This document shows, one piece after another, positions 24,687 to 33,673 of a stretch of 64,000 bases of DNA. The first letter of the stretch is position 1, and each line of letters opens with the position of its first letter. The position numbers were made by a program, and so were the translations under genes. The notes below the pieces were generated by a model that was not told the DNA's origin, made no database searches, and worked only from the letters and a program-made list of their open reading frames with translations. Location of the stretch: assembly GCA_026003215.1 (NCBI GenBank), contig BPGV01000001.1:1515729-1579728 (forward strand), given 5' to 3'. This DNA comes from Bacteroidia bacterium. Its GTDB lineage: Bacteria > Bacteroidota > Bacteroidia > SpSt-205.

Positions 24687-25466
24687 ATGGCAGGCAAAAC
24701 TTTGGCGGCGTGGAGTGTGGCGGGAGAAAAACCCGAGATATTGTATTGGGTGGGCTGTGCGGCCAGTTTTGATGATAGGGCGCAGCGGGTGGCTCGGGCT
24801 TTTGTAAAGCTCCTGGATGCGGCCGGTGTACGCTGGGGCATCTTAGGCGCGGAAGAGACCTGCACCGGTGACCCGGCCAAGCGAGCAGGGAACGACTTCC
24901 TTTTCCAGATGCTGGCCCTCCAAAACATTCAGACCCTCCAAGCGTACGAAGTGCAGGAGATAGTGGCTTCTTGTCCGCACTGCTTCAATACGCTCAAAAA
25001 TGAATACCCGCAGCTGGGGGGCCATTTTAGGGTATGGCACCATAGCCAATATCTTGTGCATCTTATAGAGACTGGGCGCTTGCATTTGCCCGCGGAGGGG
25101 GGGGTGGAAGGCGGTACAGTGTTTCATGATCCTTGCTACTTAGGACGGGCGAATGACGAGTACGAAGCTCCGCGCCGGCTCCTCCGTCAGGCGGGCGCGA
25201 AACTCCAAGAAGCTCCGCGGAGCCGAGATTTTTCTTTTTGCTGCGGAGCCGGCGGCGCCCAAATGTTCAAAGAACCTGAGCCAGGCCGAAAAGATGTCAA
25301 TATTGAACGCACAGAGGAGCTGCTCTCGCTCTCGCCTAAGCGTATAGCGGTGGGGTGTCCTTTTTGCATGACGATGATTACCGATGGGGTGAAACATGCA
25401 GGCAAGCAAGGCGAAGTACAGGTCCAAGATATAGCGGAAATTTTGGCCGAGCGGTTGGGTTTATAG
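24687..25466 (+). CDS. HdrD/DsrK-type CCG (cysteine-rich) domain protein
   Basis: Contains two CCG-type domains. The first is VGC...CTGDP...CPHC (degenerate). The second is DPCYLGR...FCCGAGG...GCPFC (canonical). Confidence 0.7.
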   Translation: MAGKTLAAWSVAGEKPEILYWVGCAASFDDRAQRVARAFVKLLDAAGVRWGILGAEETCTGDPAKRAGNDFLFQMLALQNIQTLQAYEVQEIVASCPHCFNTLKNEYPQLGGHFRVWHHSQYLVHLIETGRLHLPAEGGVEGGTVFHDPCYLGRANDEYEAPRRLLRQAGAKLQEAPRSRDFSFCCGAGGAQMFKEPEPGRKDVNIERTEELLSLSPKRIAVGCPFCMTMITDGVKHAGKQGEVQVQDIAEILAERLGL

Positions 25467-25467
25467 G

Positions 25468-25475
25468 TACATTTG
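25468..25475 (+). promoter_or_regulatory. putative -7 box TACATTTG, 4 nt upstream of the ATG at 25480
   Basis: Sequence reads TACATTTG-GGGC-ATG. Confidence 0.45.
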
Positions 25476-25479
25476 GGGC

Positions 25480-26601
25480 ATGCGCCCCTGGCTTCGAATC
25501 ACACTGGGCATAGTAGGTGTCCTCCTCATACTCACCGTTGTGGTTTGGAAAACCGACCTCTGGGTAGTACAGTATGAAGAGCCCGTACCCGCGTGGCCCT
25601 ATGCGCGTCCGGGCGCTGTGCCTGCTCCTCCTAAGGATACCCTCACTATCATGACCTGGAACATTAAGTTTGGTGGAGCACGCATAGATTTTTTCTTTGA
25701 TTGCTACGGCGACCGAGTCTGGATGACAAAAGAAGAAGTGCTTCACAACCTGGATGGTCTTTTACGAAAGATACGCCAGGTCAATCCCGATATTTTACTG
25801 GTGCAGGAGCTGGATATAGGCTCCAAGCGGTCGGCGTATGTAGATATGCTTCGGTATATTGCCGACAGCAGTGGGCTCTCGTATGCCGTATATGCGAGTC
25901 AGTGGCATGTGCGCTACCTCCCAAAGAAGGATTTAGGCCCTATAAACTCAGGGAATGCTATTTTTTCACGGTGGCCGATAGATACGGCGTACCGGATTCC
26001 TCTGCCTTTGGTAGCGGCTTATCCGTGGTGGTATAGGTTTTTTTACCTGCGGCGTAATCTCCTGGTAGCCCATATTCCCTTGCCTAATCGTCCAGACTTT
26101 TGGGTCATAAATACCCACTTAGAAGCGTATGTGCCTGAGCCGGACAGCACTCGGTATTTCCAGCTGCGGATTTTGGAGCGGTTTTTAGACAGCCTTACGG
26201 CGGCTGGTGCGCTGTGGGTAGCCGGGGGCGACTTTAATACTGTGCCGCCAGGTACGAAAAAGCTCAAAGACTTTGACGACAATGCCTGCAAAGACGTAGA
26301 TCCTACCTTTGTCGCGGATGACTATACGCGGGAGGTAGAGTGGCTGGTTCCCTTTTATAAGAAGTTTCATGAAGCTATTCCGTTAGAAGTGTATCAAGCG
26401 CGTGAGCAGGACTTTTATAGCCATACGGTAAATAGCCGTGGATGGTGGAATCGGCGGTTAGACTATCTTTTCAGTAATGGGATATGGGTAGAAGGGCTTG
26501 TGCATCAAGACAGCACGAAGGGTGGCCTGGAGACTTTTTCCCTATCGGACCATGCGCCTGTGGTGGGAAGGTTAGTAGTTACTTCTCCTGCTGGGCGGTG
26601 A
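25480..26601 (+). CDS. endonuclease/exonuclease/phosphatase (EEP) family protein with an N-terminal TM anchor
   Basis: Contains LTIMTWNIKFGG, LLVQE, INTHLE, GDFN and LSDHAPV, which are EEP catalytic motifs. Confidence 0.75.
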   Translation: MRPWLRITLGIVGVLLILTVVVWKTDLWVVQYEEPVPAWPYARPGAVPAPPKDTLTIMTWNIKFGGARIDFFFDCYGDRVWMTKEEVLHNLDGLLRKIRQVNPDILLVQELDIGSKRSAYVDMLRYIADSSGLSYAVYASQWHVRYLPKKDLGPINSGNAIFSRWPIDTAYRIPLPLVAAYPWWYRFFYLRRNLLVAHIPLPNRPDFWVINTHLEAYVPEPDSTRYFQLRILERFLDSLTAAGALWVAGGDFNTVPPGTKKLKDFDDNACKDVDPTFVADDYTREVEWLVPFYKKFHEAIPLEVYQAREQDFYSHTVNSRGWWNRRLDYLFSNGIWVEGLVHQDSTKGGLETFSLSDHAPVVGRLVVTSPAGR

Positions 26602-27529
26602 GCTGGGCGAGGGTGGTCCATGCGGGGTGGTCGGGGGGGAGATCCTTTTTGGCTTCTTTGAGGGCGGAGCGGGCCTCGGCCGTGCGTCCCAGCCGATAAT
26701 ATAAAGCAGCTTGGGTCAGGAAGCCTACACCTGTGGGGTCTTTTTTTACTGCATAAGAAGCCCACTGGACAGCTTCGGGTGGGAGGGCGTCCCAGTACGT
26801 GAGGGCATAAGCGCTTAGCCACAGGGCCTGGAGGGGGGAGAGCTTCTGCGCTTGATAGAGCCTATAGTGAAGCGCATGCAGGGCGGCGTCTTTTTGGCCT
26901 TTGTGCCACTGGCTTAACGCCATAAGTACTTCCGGCGCGGGAGTGGGAAGCCCTTGTAAGGCTTGCAGCATAGCTGCATCATCGTTGGCCGTTATGGCTT
27001 TGCGCCAAGCAGAAAAGCGTTCTGCAAAAAGGCCTCCCCAGGCTTTGGTATGAAGGTCTGCCAAAAATACTTGATAGGATTCTTTGAAGCCTTCCCATGT
27101 AGGGGGGGCCTCCCCGCGTTTTTCTTGGTAGCGTTCTGCGTATTTTTTGAGGAGGGCTAAGAAGGTAGGCGCATCTACATAGCCTACTTGACGGCCGATT
27201 TCTACGCCTTGCGGGTCCAGAAATACAATCGTCGGGTAGGCCCGTACCCGAAACTGATTTGCCAGGCGTACACCTTCCCCTTTCTCAGCGTCTATGCGAT
27301 AGGAGAGATAGTATTTGGCGGCGTAGGCGCCAACCTCCGGATTTGTGAAGGTATATCTTTCTAACATCTTACAAGGTCCGCACCAGGTGGCATAGAAGTC
27401 TACAAAAATGAGTTTGTTTTTTTGGCGGGCTTCGTTGGTAAGCGCTTGCCAGTCGCCTGTGAAGAATTGTACGCCTCCGCTGGCTTGGGCAAAGAGGCTA
27501 CTTACAAGGCCCCATAGGAGGTGTTTCAT
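26579..27529 (-). CDS. secreted thioredoxin-fold protein with a C-terminal helical (TPR-like) region
   Basis: Signal peptide MKHLLWGLVSSLFAQA and the motif FVDFYATWCGPCKMLE. Start trimmed to the ATG at 27529. Confidence 0.8.
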   Translation of the reverse strand: MKHLLWGLVSSLFAQASGGVQFFTGDWQALTNEARQKNKLIFVDFYATWCGPCKMLERYTFTNPEVGAYAAKYYLSYRIDAEKGEGVRLANQFRVRAYPTIVFLDPQGVEIGRQVGYVDAPTFLALLKKYAERYQEKRGEAPPTWEGFKESYQVFLADLHTKAWGGLFAERFSAWRKAITANDDAAMLQALQGLPTPAPEVLMALSQWHKGQKDAALHALHYRLYQAQKLSPLQALWLSAYALTYWDALPPEAVQWASYAVKKDPTGVGFLTQAALYYRLGRTAEARSALKEAKKDLPPDHPAWTTLAQLTAQQEK

Positions 27530-27533
27530 GAGA

Positions 27534-27541
27534 CAAAGATA
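27534..27541 (-). promoter_or_regulatory. putative -7 box TATCTTTG, 4 nt upstream of the ATG at 27529
   Basis: Minus strand reads TATCTTTG-TCTC-ATG. Confidence 0.5.
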
Positions 27542-27715
27542 GGGCAACCGGCCGGAACAGCAAAGGGAGGGAGGGGGATATAAGGTTCTATGGCAGGGGG
27601 GGCAGAAGCTTATCAGACTTTTTAGAGCAAGGGTTCCCCTATCAGGCAGGCAAAGTGTGGAAAAATCGTGGAAGGGCGTGCTTATCTGGGGTGGTGGGAT
27701 GTTCGGAAAACTCTT

Positions 27716-27723
27716 TACCTTTG
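27716..27723 (+). promoter_or_regulatory. putative -7 box TACCTTTG upstream of the histone-like gene (26-nt spacer)
   Basis: Exact TAnnTTTG. This is one of the few cases in the window with a conventional leader length. Confidence 0.45.
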
Positions 27724-27749
27724 GCACAATAACTTAAACACAAACGACT

Positions 27750-28004
27750 ATGGCCAAGCGGTATGAAGAGCTCGAAAAGCTCGTAAGCGAGGTCCTGGTG
27801 GACCTTCGGAAGTTTTATGATGACGGCAACAAGGCCGCAGGTACCCGTGCGCGCAAGGGGCTTTTAGAGTTGCGCAAGTGGGCGCATGAAGTCCGCAAGG
27901 AGATTGCGGCCCAGCGGGCGACTGCCTCTAAGGCTGGCTCTGCCAAGCCGGCAAAAGGTGCAGCCAAGCCCGCGGCTAAAAAAGCTCCGCCTAAGAAGAA
28001 GTAG
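27750..28004 (+). CDS. histone H1-like nucleoid protein
   Basis: The N-terminal helical part contains GNKAAGTRARKGLLELRKWAHEVRK, and the tail is AKP/KK-rich (SAKPAKGAAKPAAKKAPPKKK). Confidence 0.6.
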   Translation: MAKRYEELEKLVSEVLVDLRKFYDDGNKAAGTRARKGLLELRKWAHEVRKEIAAQRATASKAGSAKPAKGAAKPAAKKAPPKKK

Positions 28005-28033
28005 AGGGGCACTTGCATTTGTGAGGAACTTCG

Positions 28034-28041
28034 TACCTTTG
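28034..28041 (+). promoter_or_regulatory. putative -7 box TACCTTTG, 12 nt upstream of tRNA-Glu
   Basis: TACCTTTGCCCC is the same extended motif seen at several CDS heads. Confidence 0.5.
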
Positions 28042-28053
28042 CCCCGCAGCGTT

Positions 28054-28128
28054 GCCCCGTTCGTCTAGCCCGGTCTAGGACACCTCTCTTTCAAGGAGGA
28101 AACAGGGGTTCGAATCCCCTACGGGGTA
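28054..28128 (+). tRNA. tRNA-Glu (anticodon UUC)
   Basis: Cloverleaf read by hand: acceptor GCCCCGT/ACGGGGT (G1-U72 wobble), U8, D arm GTCTAG..., anticodon loop CTTTCAA, T arm AGGGGTTCGAATCCCCT, discriminator A. CCA is not encoded. Confidence 0.9.
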
Positions 28129-28133
28129 CAGCG

Positions 28134-29099
28134 TCAGTGGGGTAGCACTCCCCTCATGCCTTCGCGTAGGAGGGCAGGGCCTCGGTAAATGAGTCCTGTA
28201 TAGAGTTCTACGAGGGTTGCGCCAGAAGTGAGAACTTCTGTAATGTCCGCCGGGGTGAGTATGCCTCCGGAACCGATGATAGGGAGGCCGAATCCTTTCA
28301 AGGTCTGTATGAGTTTTTGCCTAAACGGTCTGAGGGGCCTGCCGCTCACGCCTCCCGGGCCGAGAGAGGGGTAGCTTATTTGGGTGGTGGTATTTCCAGC
28401 GACAAAGCCGGCTATTTTCATTTCTCGAGCGGTGTGGCCGATGGTGCGAAGGTCTGCTTCTGCGAGATCCGGGGAGAGTTTGAGGAGGAGGGGTTTGGCT
28501 TGCGGGTTGTGTTCCTGCAGGGTGCCTATAATGCGTTTAAGGTCTTCGGGGTTTTGTAGCGTGCGGAGGCCTGGGGTATTCGGCGAACTTACATTTATCA
28601 CGAAGAAGTCGCCATATTCGTAGAGTATCTGAAAGGCTGTGAGGTAGTCTTTATGAGCTTCTTCTAAGGGGGTGGCTTTATTTTTTCCGATATTGATACC
28701 GAGGCGGAGGGCAGTTGGGCGCTTTTCCAAGCGACGAGCGATAGCGATGGCGCCATCGTTGTTGAAGCCCATGCGATTCAGGAGGGCGTGGTCTTGGGGG
28801 ATGCGAAAGAGGCGTGGGCGGGGGTTGCCGGGCTGTGGGCGGGGGGTCACTGTACCCACCTCTACGAAGGCAAAGCCTAAGTGTGCCCATAGGTGGAGCA
28901 GCTCGGCGTTTTTATCCAGCCCAGCCGCTAAGCCAATGGGGTGGGCAAAGTGCAAGCCCCATACTTCTATGGGCGCTATTTGAGGGGGCCCTTTATGCCA
29001 AAAGCCTATTTTATCCAGGAGCTTAGCCACCGTAAAAACCAAGCGATGCGCGCGCTCGGGCGGCAGCGCAAATAAAGAGGGGCGCAGCCAATCCCACAT
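28134..29099 (-). CDS. pyrD: dihydroorotate dehydrogenase (quinone), class 2
   Basis: Contains FVEVGTVTPRPQPGNPRPRLFR, NRMGFNNDG, NIGKNK and INVSSPNTPGLR. Confidence 0.9.
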   Translation of the reverse strand: MWDWLRPSLFALPPERAHRLVFTVAKLLDKIGFWHKGPPQIAPIEVWGLHFAHPIGLAAGLDKNAELLHLWAHLGFAFVEVGTVTPRPQPGNPRPRLFRIPQDHALLNRMGFNNDGAIAIARRLEKRPTALRLGINIGKNKATPLEEAHKDYLTAFQILYEYGDFFVINVSSPNTPGLRTLQNPEDLKRIIGTLQEHNPQAKPLLLKLSPDLAEADLRTIGHTAREMKIAGFVAGNTTTQISYPSLGPGGVSGRPLRPFRQKLIQTLKGFGLPIIGSGGILTPADITEVLTSGATLVELYTGLIYRGPALLREGMRGVLPH

Positions 29100-29145
29100 T
29101 CGGCAAGGTTAAGCAAGGATTTCCATCGGTGTATGCAGCATCTTG

Positions 29146-29153
29146 TATCTTCG
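29146..29153 (+). promoter_or_regulatory. putative -7-like box TATCTTCG, 4 nt upstream of the ATG at 29158
   Basis: One mismatch to TAnnTTTG; sequence reads TATCTTCG-GGGC-ATG. Confidence 0.35.
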
Positions 29154-29157
29154 GGGC

Positions 29158-30168
29158 ATGTGGTTAGTGACCGGGGCTACGGGGTTTGTGGGGTATAGTT
29201 TTTTGCAGGAATGGACTAAAAGGGGCCGACCCGCTCCGCTACGCCTTCTTGTACGAGACCCTAATCACCCCGTCCTTCAGCCCTATCTCGGTCAGGTAGA
29301 GCTCATCCAAGGCTCCTTAGCTGACCCCATGCTCCTCTTAGAAGTTACAAAGGGCATAGAGACGGTGTTGCACTTTGCGGCAACGATTAGTTTTTCGCCC
29401 CGCAGCCGTGAATGGATGTACAAAACCAATGTAGAAGGCACCCGCCACCTGGTAAATGCCGCGTTGGAGAATGGTGTCAAGCGGTTTGTCTATTTGAGTT
29501 CTATTGCAGCGCTGGGCCGCCCTAAGAACCCCAAGGAGCCTATCACCGAGACGACCTTGTGGGAAGATTCGCCCTACAATACGCAGTACGGCTATACCAA
29601 GTACTTGGGCGAAAAAGAAGTATGGCGGGGTGGGGAGGAGGGCCTTGAGGTACTGGTGTTCAATCCGGGGATTATTGTGGGGCCATACCTTTCTTGGGAG
29701 AAAGGCTCTCCAGCGTTTTTCCGGATGGTGTGGCGGGGCCTGCCGGCGTATCCCATAGGTACAAATGGTTTTGTCGGGGTGGGCGATGTGGTACGGGCTG
29801 TTTTTACGGGTTTAGAAGCATATCCGCAAGGGTGGGGAGAAAAATACATTTTGGTCTCAGAAAACTGGCGCTATAAACAACTTTTTACGGAGATAGCGCG
29901 GGTTTTAGGCAAGCGTCCTCCGCTTTTTCCTCTGCCTAAAGAGGTAGCGGTGGGGGTAGGCTGGGCTATGGAGTATATCGGTAGGTGGCTGGGCTTGCCG
30001 GCGGCCGCTACTCGTGAGACGGCCCGTACCTCCAGCGCAGACTTCCTATATGATGGGTCTAAGATTATTCGGACTTACCCGGAGTTTCAGTACACACCTA
30101 TGCGGGTGGTGATAGAGGGGACCGCAAAAGCGTTTTTAGCTACGTATGCGCGTGCGTCTAAACGGTGA
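29158..30168 (+). CDS. NAD-dependent epimerase/dehydratase (extended SDR) family protein
   Basis: Contains the Rossmann motif VTGATGFVG and the active-site motif YGYTKYLGE (YxxxK). Confidence 0.75.
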   Translation: MWLVTGATGFVGYSFLQEWTKRGRPAPLRLLVRDPNHPVLQPYLGQVELIQGSLADPMLLLEVTKGIETVLHFAATISFSPRSREWMYKTNVEGTRHLVNAALENGVKRFVYLSSIAALGRPKNPKEPITETTLWEDSPYNTQYGYTKYLGEKEVWRGGEEGLEVLVFNPGIIVGPYLSWEKGSPAFFRMVWRGLPAYPIGTNGFVGVGDVVRAVFTGLEAYPQGWGEKYILVSENWRYKQLFTEIARVLGKRPPLFPLPKEVAVGVGWAMEYIGRWLGLPAAATRETARTSSADFLYDGSKIIRTYPEFQYTPMRVVIEGTAKAFLATYARASKR

Positions 30169-30352
30169 AGAGACCCAGCTATCCGAAGGGCTTACGGTCC
30201 AGGGGCTGGTAGAACGGATGGGTATCGCCCCCTCCCAAGTAGGCGTAGCGGTGGCAGTAAATAGGCGGGTTATCCCGCGAGCAGAGTGGGCACAGACACC
30301 TATAAAGGAAGGCGACCAGATAGAGCTGGTATATGCCCGCCAAGGGGGTTGA
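30146..30352 (+). CDS. thiS: sulfur carrier protein ThiS
   Basis: 68 aa; the sequence is MRVRLNGEE...VAVAVNRRVIPRAEW....IKEGDQIELVYARQGG, with a C-terminal GG. Confidence 0.8.
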   Translation: MRVRLNGEETQLSEGLTVQGLVERMGIAPSQVGVAVAVNRRVIPRAEWAQTPIKEGDQIELVYARQGG

Positions 30353-31433
30353 CTATGCGATTGTGGGGGGGGGAGCAGCGGGCTTAGGGGTAGCGTGGCA
30401 GCTTGCGCGGGCGGGGTATTCGCCCGTCGTATTTGAGGCACGCGAGCCGGGGGGAGGGGCTATGACGGCTTCGGCGGGAATGCTCTCCCCTGCCTACGAG
30501 GCAGAGTTTGAGGAGCTTCCGCTCTTGCGGGCAATGATAGCCAGCCGAGAGCGTTATCCCGCTTGGGCGGCTGAGCTGGGCGATATTGGGTACGAGCCCT
30601 CCGGCACGTATGAGCTGGCTCTTACAAGGGAAGATGTGCCGTATCTGCAACGGCGTGTAGCTTTTGAGCAAGCACAGGGGCTCAAAGTAGAATGGATGGA
30701 GGGCCCTTCTCTGCGGAAGCGCCTGCCTATGCTCTCGCCGCGGGTGCCGGGCGGGAGCTTTGCCCGAGATGAAGCGCATGTGTCTCCGGAGCTTCTGCGA
30801 GACCGCCTCTTGGAAGCTATCCAGCGGGCTGGAGGCCAGGTGCTGGCCCATACGCCAGTCCGACACATAGAAGCTCGAACGGGCTCTTTCTTGCTTCACA
30901 CTCCAGCCGGCACTTACGAAGCGGGCACCGTGATTGTGTGCGTAGGCGTGCCGATAGAAGGTCTGGAACTGCCTTTCCGGGTGTATCCTGTGCGTGGGCA
31001 GATGGTGGCGGTGGAATCGCCTCGGCCGGGGTGGCTCCCTGCCCCTGTGCGGTATTACAACCGCAACTTTGGTTATGGGTATGCCGTGCCTAAGCGCGGC
31101 TATATCATCCTCGGCGGTACTGCCGAAGAAAAGGGCTTAGATACCGCGCTTACCGTAGGAGGCGTGATGGATATTCTCCGGCGGGCCTATTATATCTTCC
31201 CGGACTTGTACGAAGTGCGCATCTTGCGGATGTGGGCGGGACTGCGCCCCTCCACGGCGGAACGGGTGCCGCTCCTCGCTCAAGCACCGGGGCAGCGCCT
31301 CTTCTATGTGAATGGCCTGTACCGAAACGGCATACTCCTACTACCGCTGATTGGCGAGGGCGTGAAGGAATGGGTACTGTCTGGTACCTTGCCGGAGCTT
31401 CTGCGGCCGTTTCAAGCGGCGGTGGGTGGCTGA
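30333..31433 (+). CDS. thiO: FAD-dependent glycine oxidase ThiO-like
   Basis: Contains the dinucleotide-binding motif DYAIVGGGAAGLGVAWQLARAGY and belongs to the DAO family. It overlaps thiS. Confidence 0.7.
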   Translation: MPAKGVDYAIVGGGAAGLGVAWQLARAGYSPVVFEAREPGGGAMTASAGMLSPAYEAEFEELPLLRAMIASRERYPAWAAELGDIGYEPSGTYELALTREDVPYLQRRVAFEQAQGLKVEWMEGPSLRKRLPMLSPRVPGGSFARDEAHVSPELLRDRLLEAIQRAGGQVLAHTPVRHIEARTGSFLLHTPAGTYEAGTVIVCVGVPIEGLELPFRVYPVRGQMVAVESPRPGWLPAPVRYYNRNFGYGYAVPKRGYIILGGTAEEKGLDTALTVGGVMDILRRAYYIFPDLYEVRILRMWAGLRPSTAERVPLLAQAPGQRLFYVNGLYRNGILLLPLIGEGVKEWVLSGTLPELLRPFQAAVGG

Positions 31434-32170
31434 GTTTTCTTTCGCTGGCGCCACCAATACAAGAAGCTACCTAACCCTATCAGGAGCCAGAGCCACCACA
31501 AGTAAGCCAGAGCGAAGGTAAAATACACAAACCCATCCCAGCCAGCCTCTATGCTTTGCCAGAACTGGGCCCAGTAGGATCCCCCCTCTTGATACGAGAC
31601 AAAGCGCCGATTGCGCAAGGTAATATCTACCTGCACGGTCTCAGAGAGGAGCCGGTTATTTTCCCAAGAGCTGCGCAGGCTGTCGCGCTCTGTCAGAGCG
31701 ATTTGGAGGGCTTTTTCGGCTTCTAAAATCTCACTGGGGGTGTGGGCTTCTCGGAGGAGGGCCCGTAGCCGTTCTACGGCTTCTTCTTTGGCTTTGAGGC
31801 GAGCTTCTATGTCGTTATAGGCGCGGGTGATGTCGGAGAGGGAGGTATGTTCGTTGAGCACTTCGCCTAAGGTGCGTACCTGCGTGAAGAAATCCAGCGC
31901 CTTGGTCGTGGGGATGCGGAGGGTATAGGAGTAAAAGCGGTTTTCATACTTTTCTCTTTGGAGGATTTTTCCGCCACTTCGTGCCGTCCAAGTCTCTATG
32001 GAGTCGGAGGCTCCTTCCCATCGGTGGGGAATGAGGGTAAGGGAGGCAGAGACGCTTTGCTTGGCTTCAGGACTGGACGTGTAGGTATCGGGCGAGCTTC
32101 TTTCGCCTCCGCCACAACCCCAAAAAACTATCCCCGCCAAAAGGCCGCCAGTTATTTGTAGGGCGCGCAT
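31412..32170 (-). CDS. DUF4349-like lipoprotein with a C-terminal TM segment
   Basis: Lipobox FWGC, a central coiled coil (ITRAYNDIEARLKAKEEAVERLRALLREA...ILEAEKAL), and a C-terminal hydrophobic segment. Confidence 0.5.
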   Translation of the reverse strand: MRALQITGGLLAGIVFWGCGGGERSSPDTYTSSPEAKQSVSASLTLIPHRWEGASDSIETWTARSGGKILQREKYENRFYSYTLRIPTTKALDFFTQVRTLGEVLNEHTSLSDITRAYNDIEARLKAKEEAVERLRALLREAHTPSEILEAEKALQIALTERDSLRSSWENNRLLSETVQVDITLRNRRFVSYQEGGSYWAQFWQSIEAGWDGFVYFTFALAYLWWLWLLIGLGSFLYWWRQRKKTQPPTAA

Positions 32171-32275
32171 TCAGCAAGGTAGGTAAATCTTGTCAATCCC
32201 AATAAATTCTTCTACACACACGCTTTACGTAGGGATAAAACTGCCTTTACGGAAGCCTCTCTCCTTTGTACCGAT

Positions 32276-33673
32276 ATGAGACCGATGCGTTTCTGGACGG
32301 TAGCCCTGGTTCTCGGGGCTTTTATTGCCTGTAAGAAAAAAGAAGAGTCCACCCCGCCTGCCCCTGTCGAAGACCTTGTAGTGTTGGAGGGGGAGCTGAC
32401 CTCAGAGCGGGTGTTGGATGCCAACAAGAAGTATCTTATCAAAGGGCAGTACATCGTGCGGGAGGGCGGCGTCCTACGCATCCCAGCAGGGACGGTCATA
32501 TTCGGAGATAGAAGCACCAAGGGCACCTTGATTATTGACCGGGGGGGTAAAATCTATGCCGAGGGTACGCCCGAAAAGCCGATTATTTTCACTTCTAAGT
32601 TTGCCCCTGGCGAACGAGATAGAGGGGATTGGGGTGGGGTGATTATTTTGGGGCGTGCGCCCGTCAATAGCGCGAACGTCACCATAGAGGGTATCAATCC
32701 GCCCATAGAGTACGGGGGGACAGATCCCGAGGATGACTCCGGCATTTTCCGGTATGTGCGTATTGAATATGCAGGTGTGGCCCTCACGCCCAATAATGAA
32801 ATCAATGGCCTGACGCTGGGCGGAGTGGGTCGTCGTACGCAAATAGACCATGTACAAGTGTCTTTTAGTGGCGATGATGGGCTTGAATGGTTCGGTGGGA
32901 CTGTGGATGCGAAGTACTTGGTTTCTTATGGTACATGGGATGATGACTTTGATGGCGATTTTGGGTGGTCAGGACGGGTGCAGTTTGCCTTGGCTATCCG
33001 CGATCCTTTTGGCGCAGACCAGTCCGGCTCTAATGGCTTTGAGATGGATAACGACCCCTCGGGTTCTAATAGCCAACCCTATACGGCGCCGGTGCTTTCT
33101 AATGTCACGATAGTAGGGCCGATTGCCCGCAAAGGGGGGAGCCGAAGTAGCAACTATCAAAATACGCTACACCTTCGGCGCAATGCGGCCGTCTCCTTAA
33201 GTAACTCCATCGTGGGGGGCTTCCCTACCGGTCTCCGCATAGATGGCGGAAGTGGAAGTACAGCAGACCACTACTCGGCCGGTAGGGCTATTCTCTGGCA
33301 CAACGTACTCTTGGTAGACTCCGGGAATGCAAGCGCAGCTTTCCGGGGAGGTCAGGGTAATACCGACTCCGCCACTAAGGCTATATGGCAGGATTCGGGA
33401 GCCGGGAACCTTACCCTCGTAGACTCTAACTTGGCTGTCCTCGGCGGCTACTCCACAGCTACTCCAGCGCCTTTCTGGAGCTTTATCCAGGGCCAGGCAA
33501 ACCCGTCCTTGCGCCTTCCTGCAAGCTCTCCTTGGGCTACGGGTGCAGACTTTTCTCATCCTAAGCTAAGTGACAGCTTCTTTGAGCAGGTAAGCTTCAA
33601 GGGGGCCTTAGCACCGGATAGAGACTGGACGGATGGATGGACCCACTTTGACCCACAAAATGCTCAGTACTAA
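32276..33673 (+). CDS. conserved secreted lipoprotein of unknown function (beta-rich)
   Basis: Lipobox AFIAC. Contains the motifs GDWGGVIILG, YVRIEYAG, GDDGLEWFGGTV and SNGFEMDND. I recognise the family shape but not a function. Confidence 0.45.
   Translation: MRPMRFWTVALVLGAFIACKKKEESTPPAPVEDLVVLEGELTSERVLDANKKYLIKGQYIVREGGVLRIPAGTVIFGDRSTKGTLIIDRGGKIYAEGTPEKPIIFTSKFAPGERDRGDWGGVIILGRAPVNSANVTIEGINPPIEYGGTDPEDDSGIFRYVRIEYAGVALTPNNEINGLTLGGVGRRTQIDHVQVSFSGDDGLEWFGGTVDAKYLVSYGTWDDDFDGDFGWSGRVQFALAIRDPFGADQSGSNGFEMDNDPSGSNSQPYTAPVLSNVTIVGPIARKGGSRSSNYQNTLHLRRNAAVSLSNSIVGGFPTGLRIDGGSGSTADHYSAGRAILWHNVLLVDSGNASAAFRGGQGNTDSATKAIWQDSGAGNLTLVDSNLAVLGGYSTATPAPFWSFIQGQANPSLRLPASSPWATGADFSHPKLSDSFFEQVSFKGALAPDRDWTDGWTHFDPQNAQY

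Noticed and set aside
27565-27602. A G-rich tract (GGGAGGGAGGGGG...GGCAGGGGGGG) in the 220-nt thioredoxin/histone-like intergenic region could be a G-quadruplex or a small RNA.
   Set aside because: The fourth G-run is separated by a loop of about 17 nt. No flanking promoter or terminator defines an sRNA. The region is adequately explained as a divergent promoter spacer.
30146-30352. I looked for TPP or FMN riboswitches upstream of thiS/thiO and the ribH-like gene.
   Set aside because: Both genes overlap the preceding CDS, so there is no untranslated leader that could hold a riboswitch aptamer.
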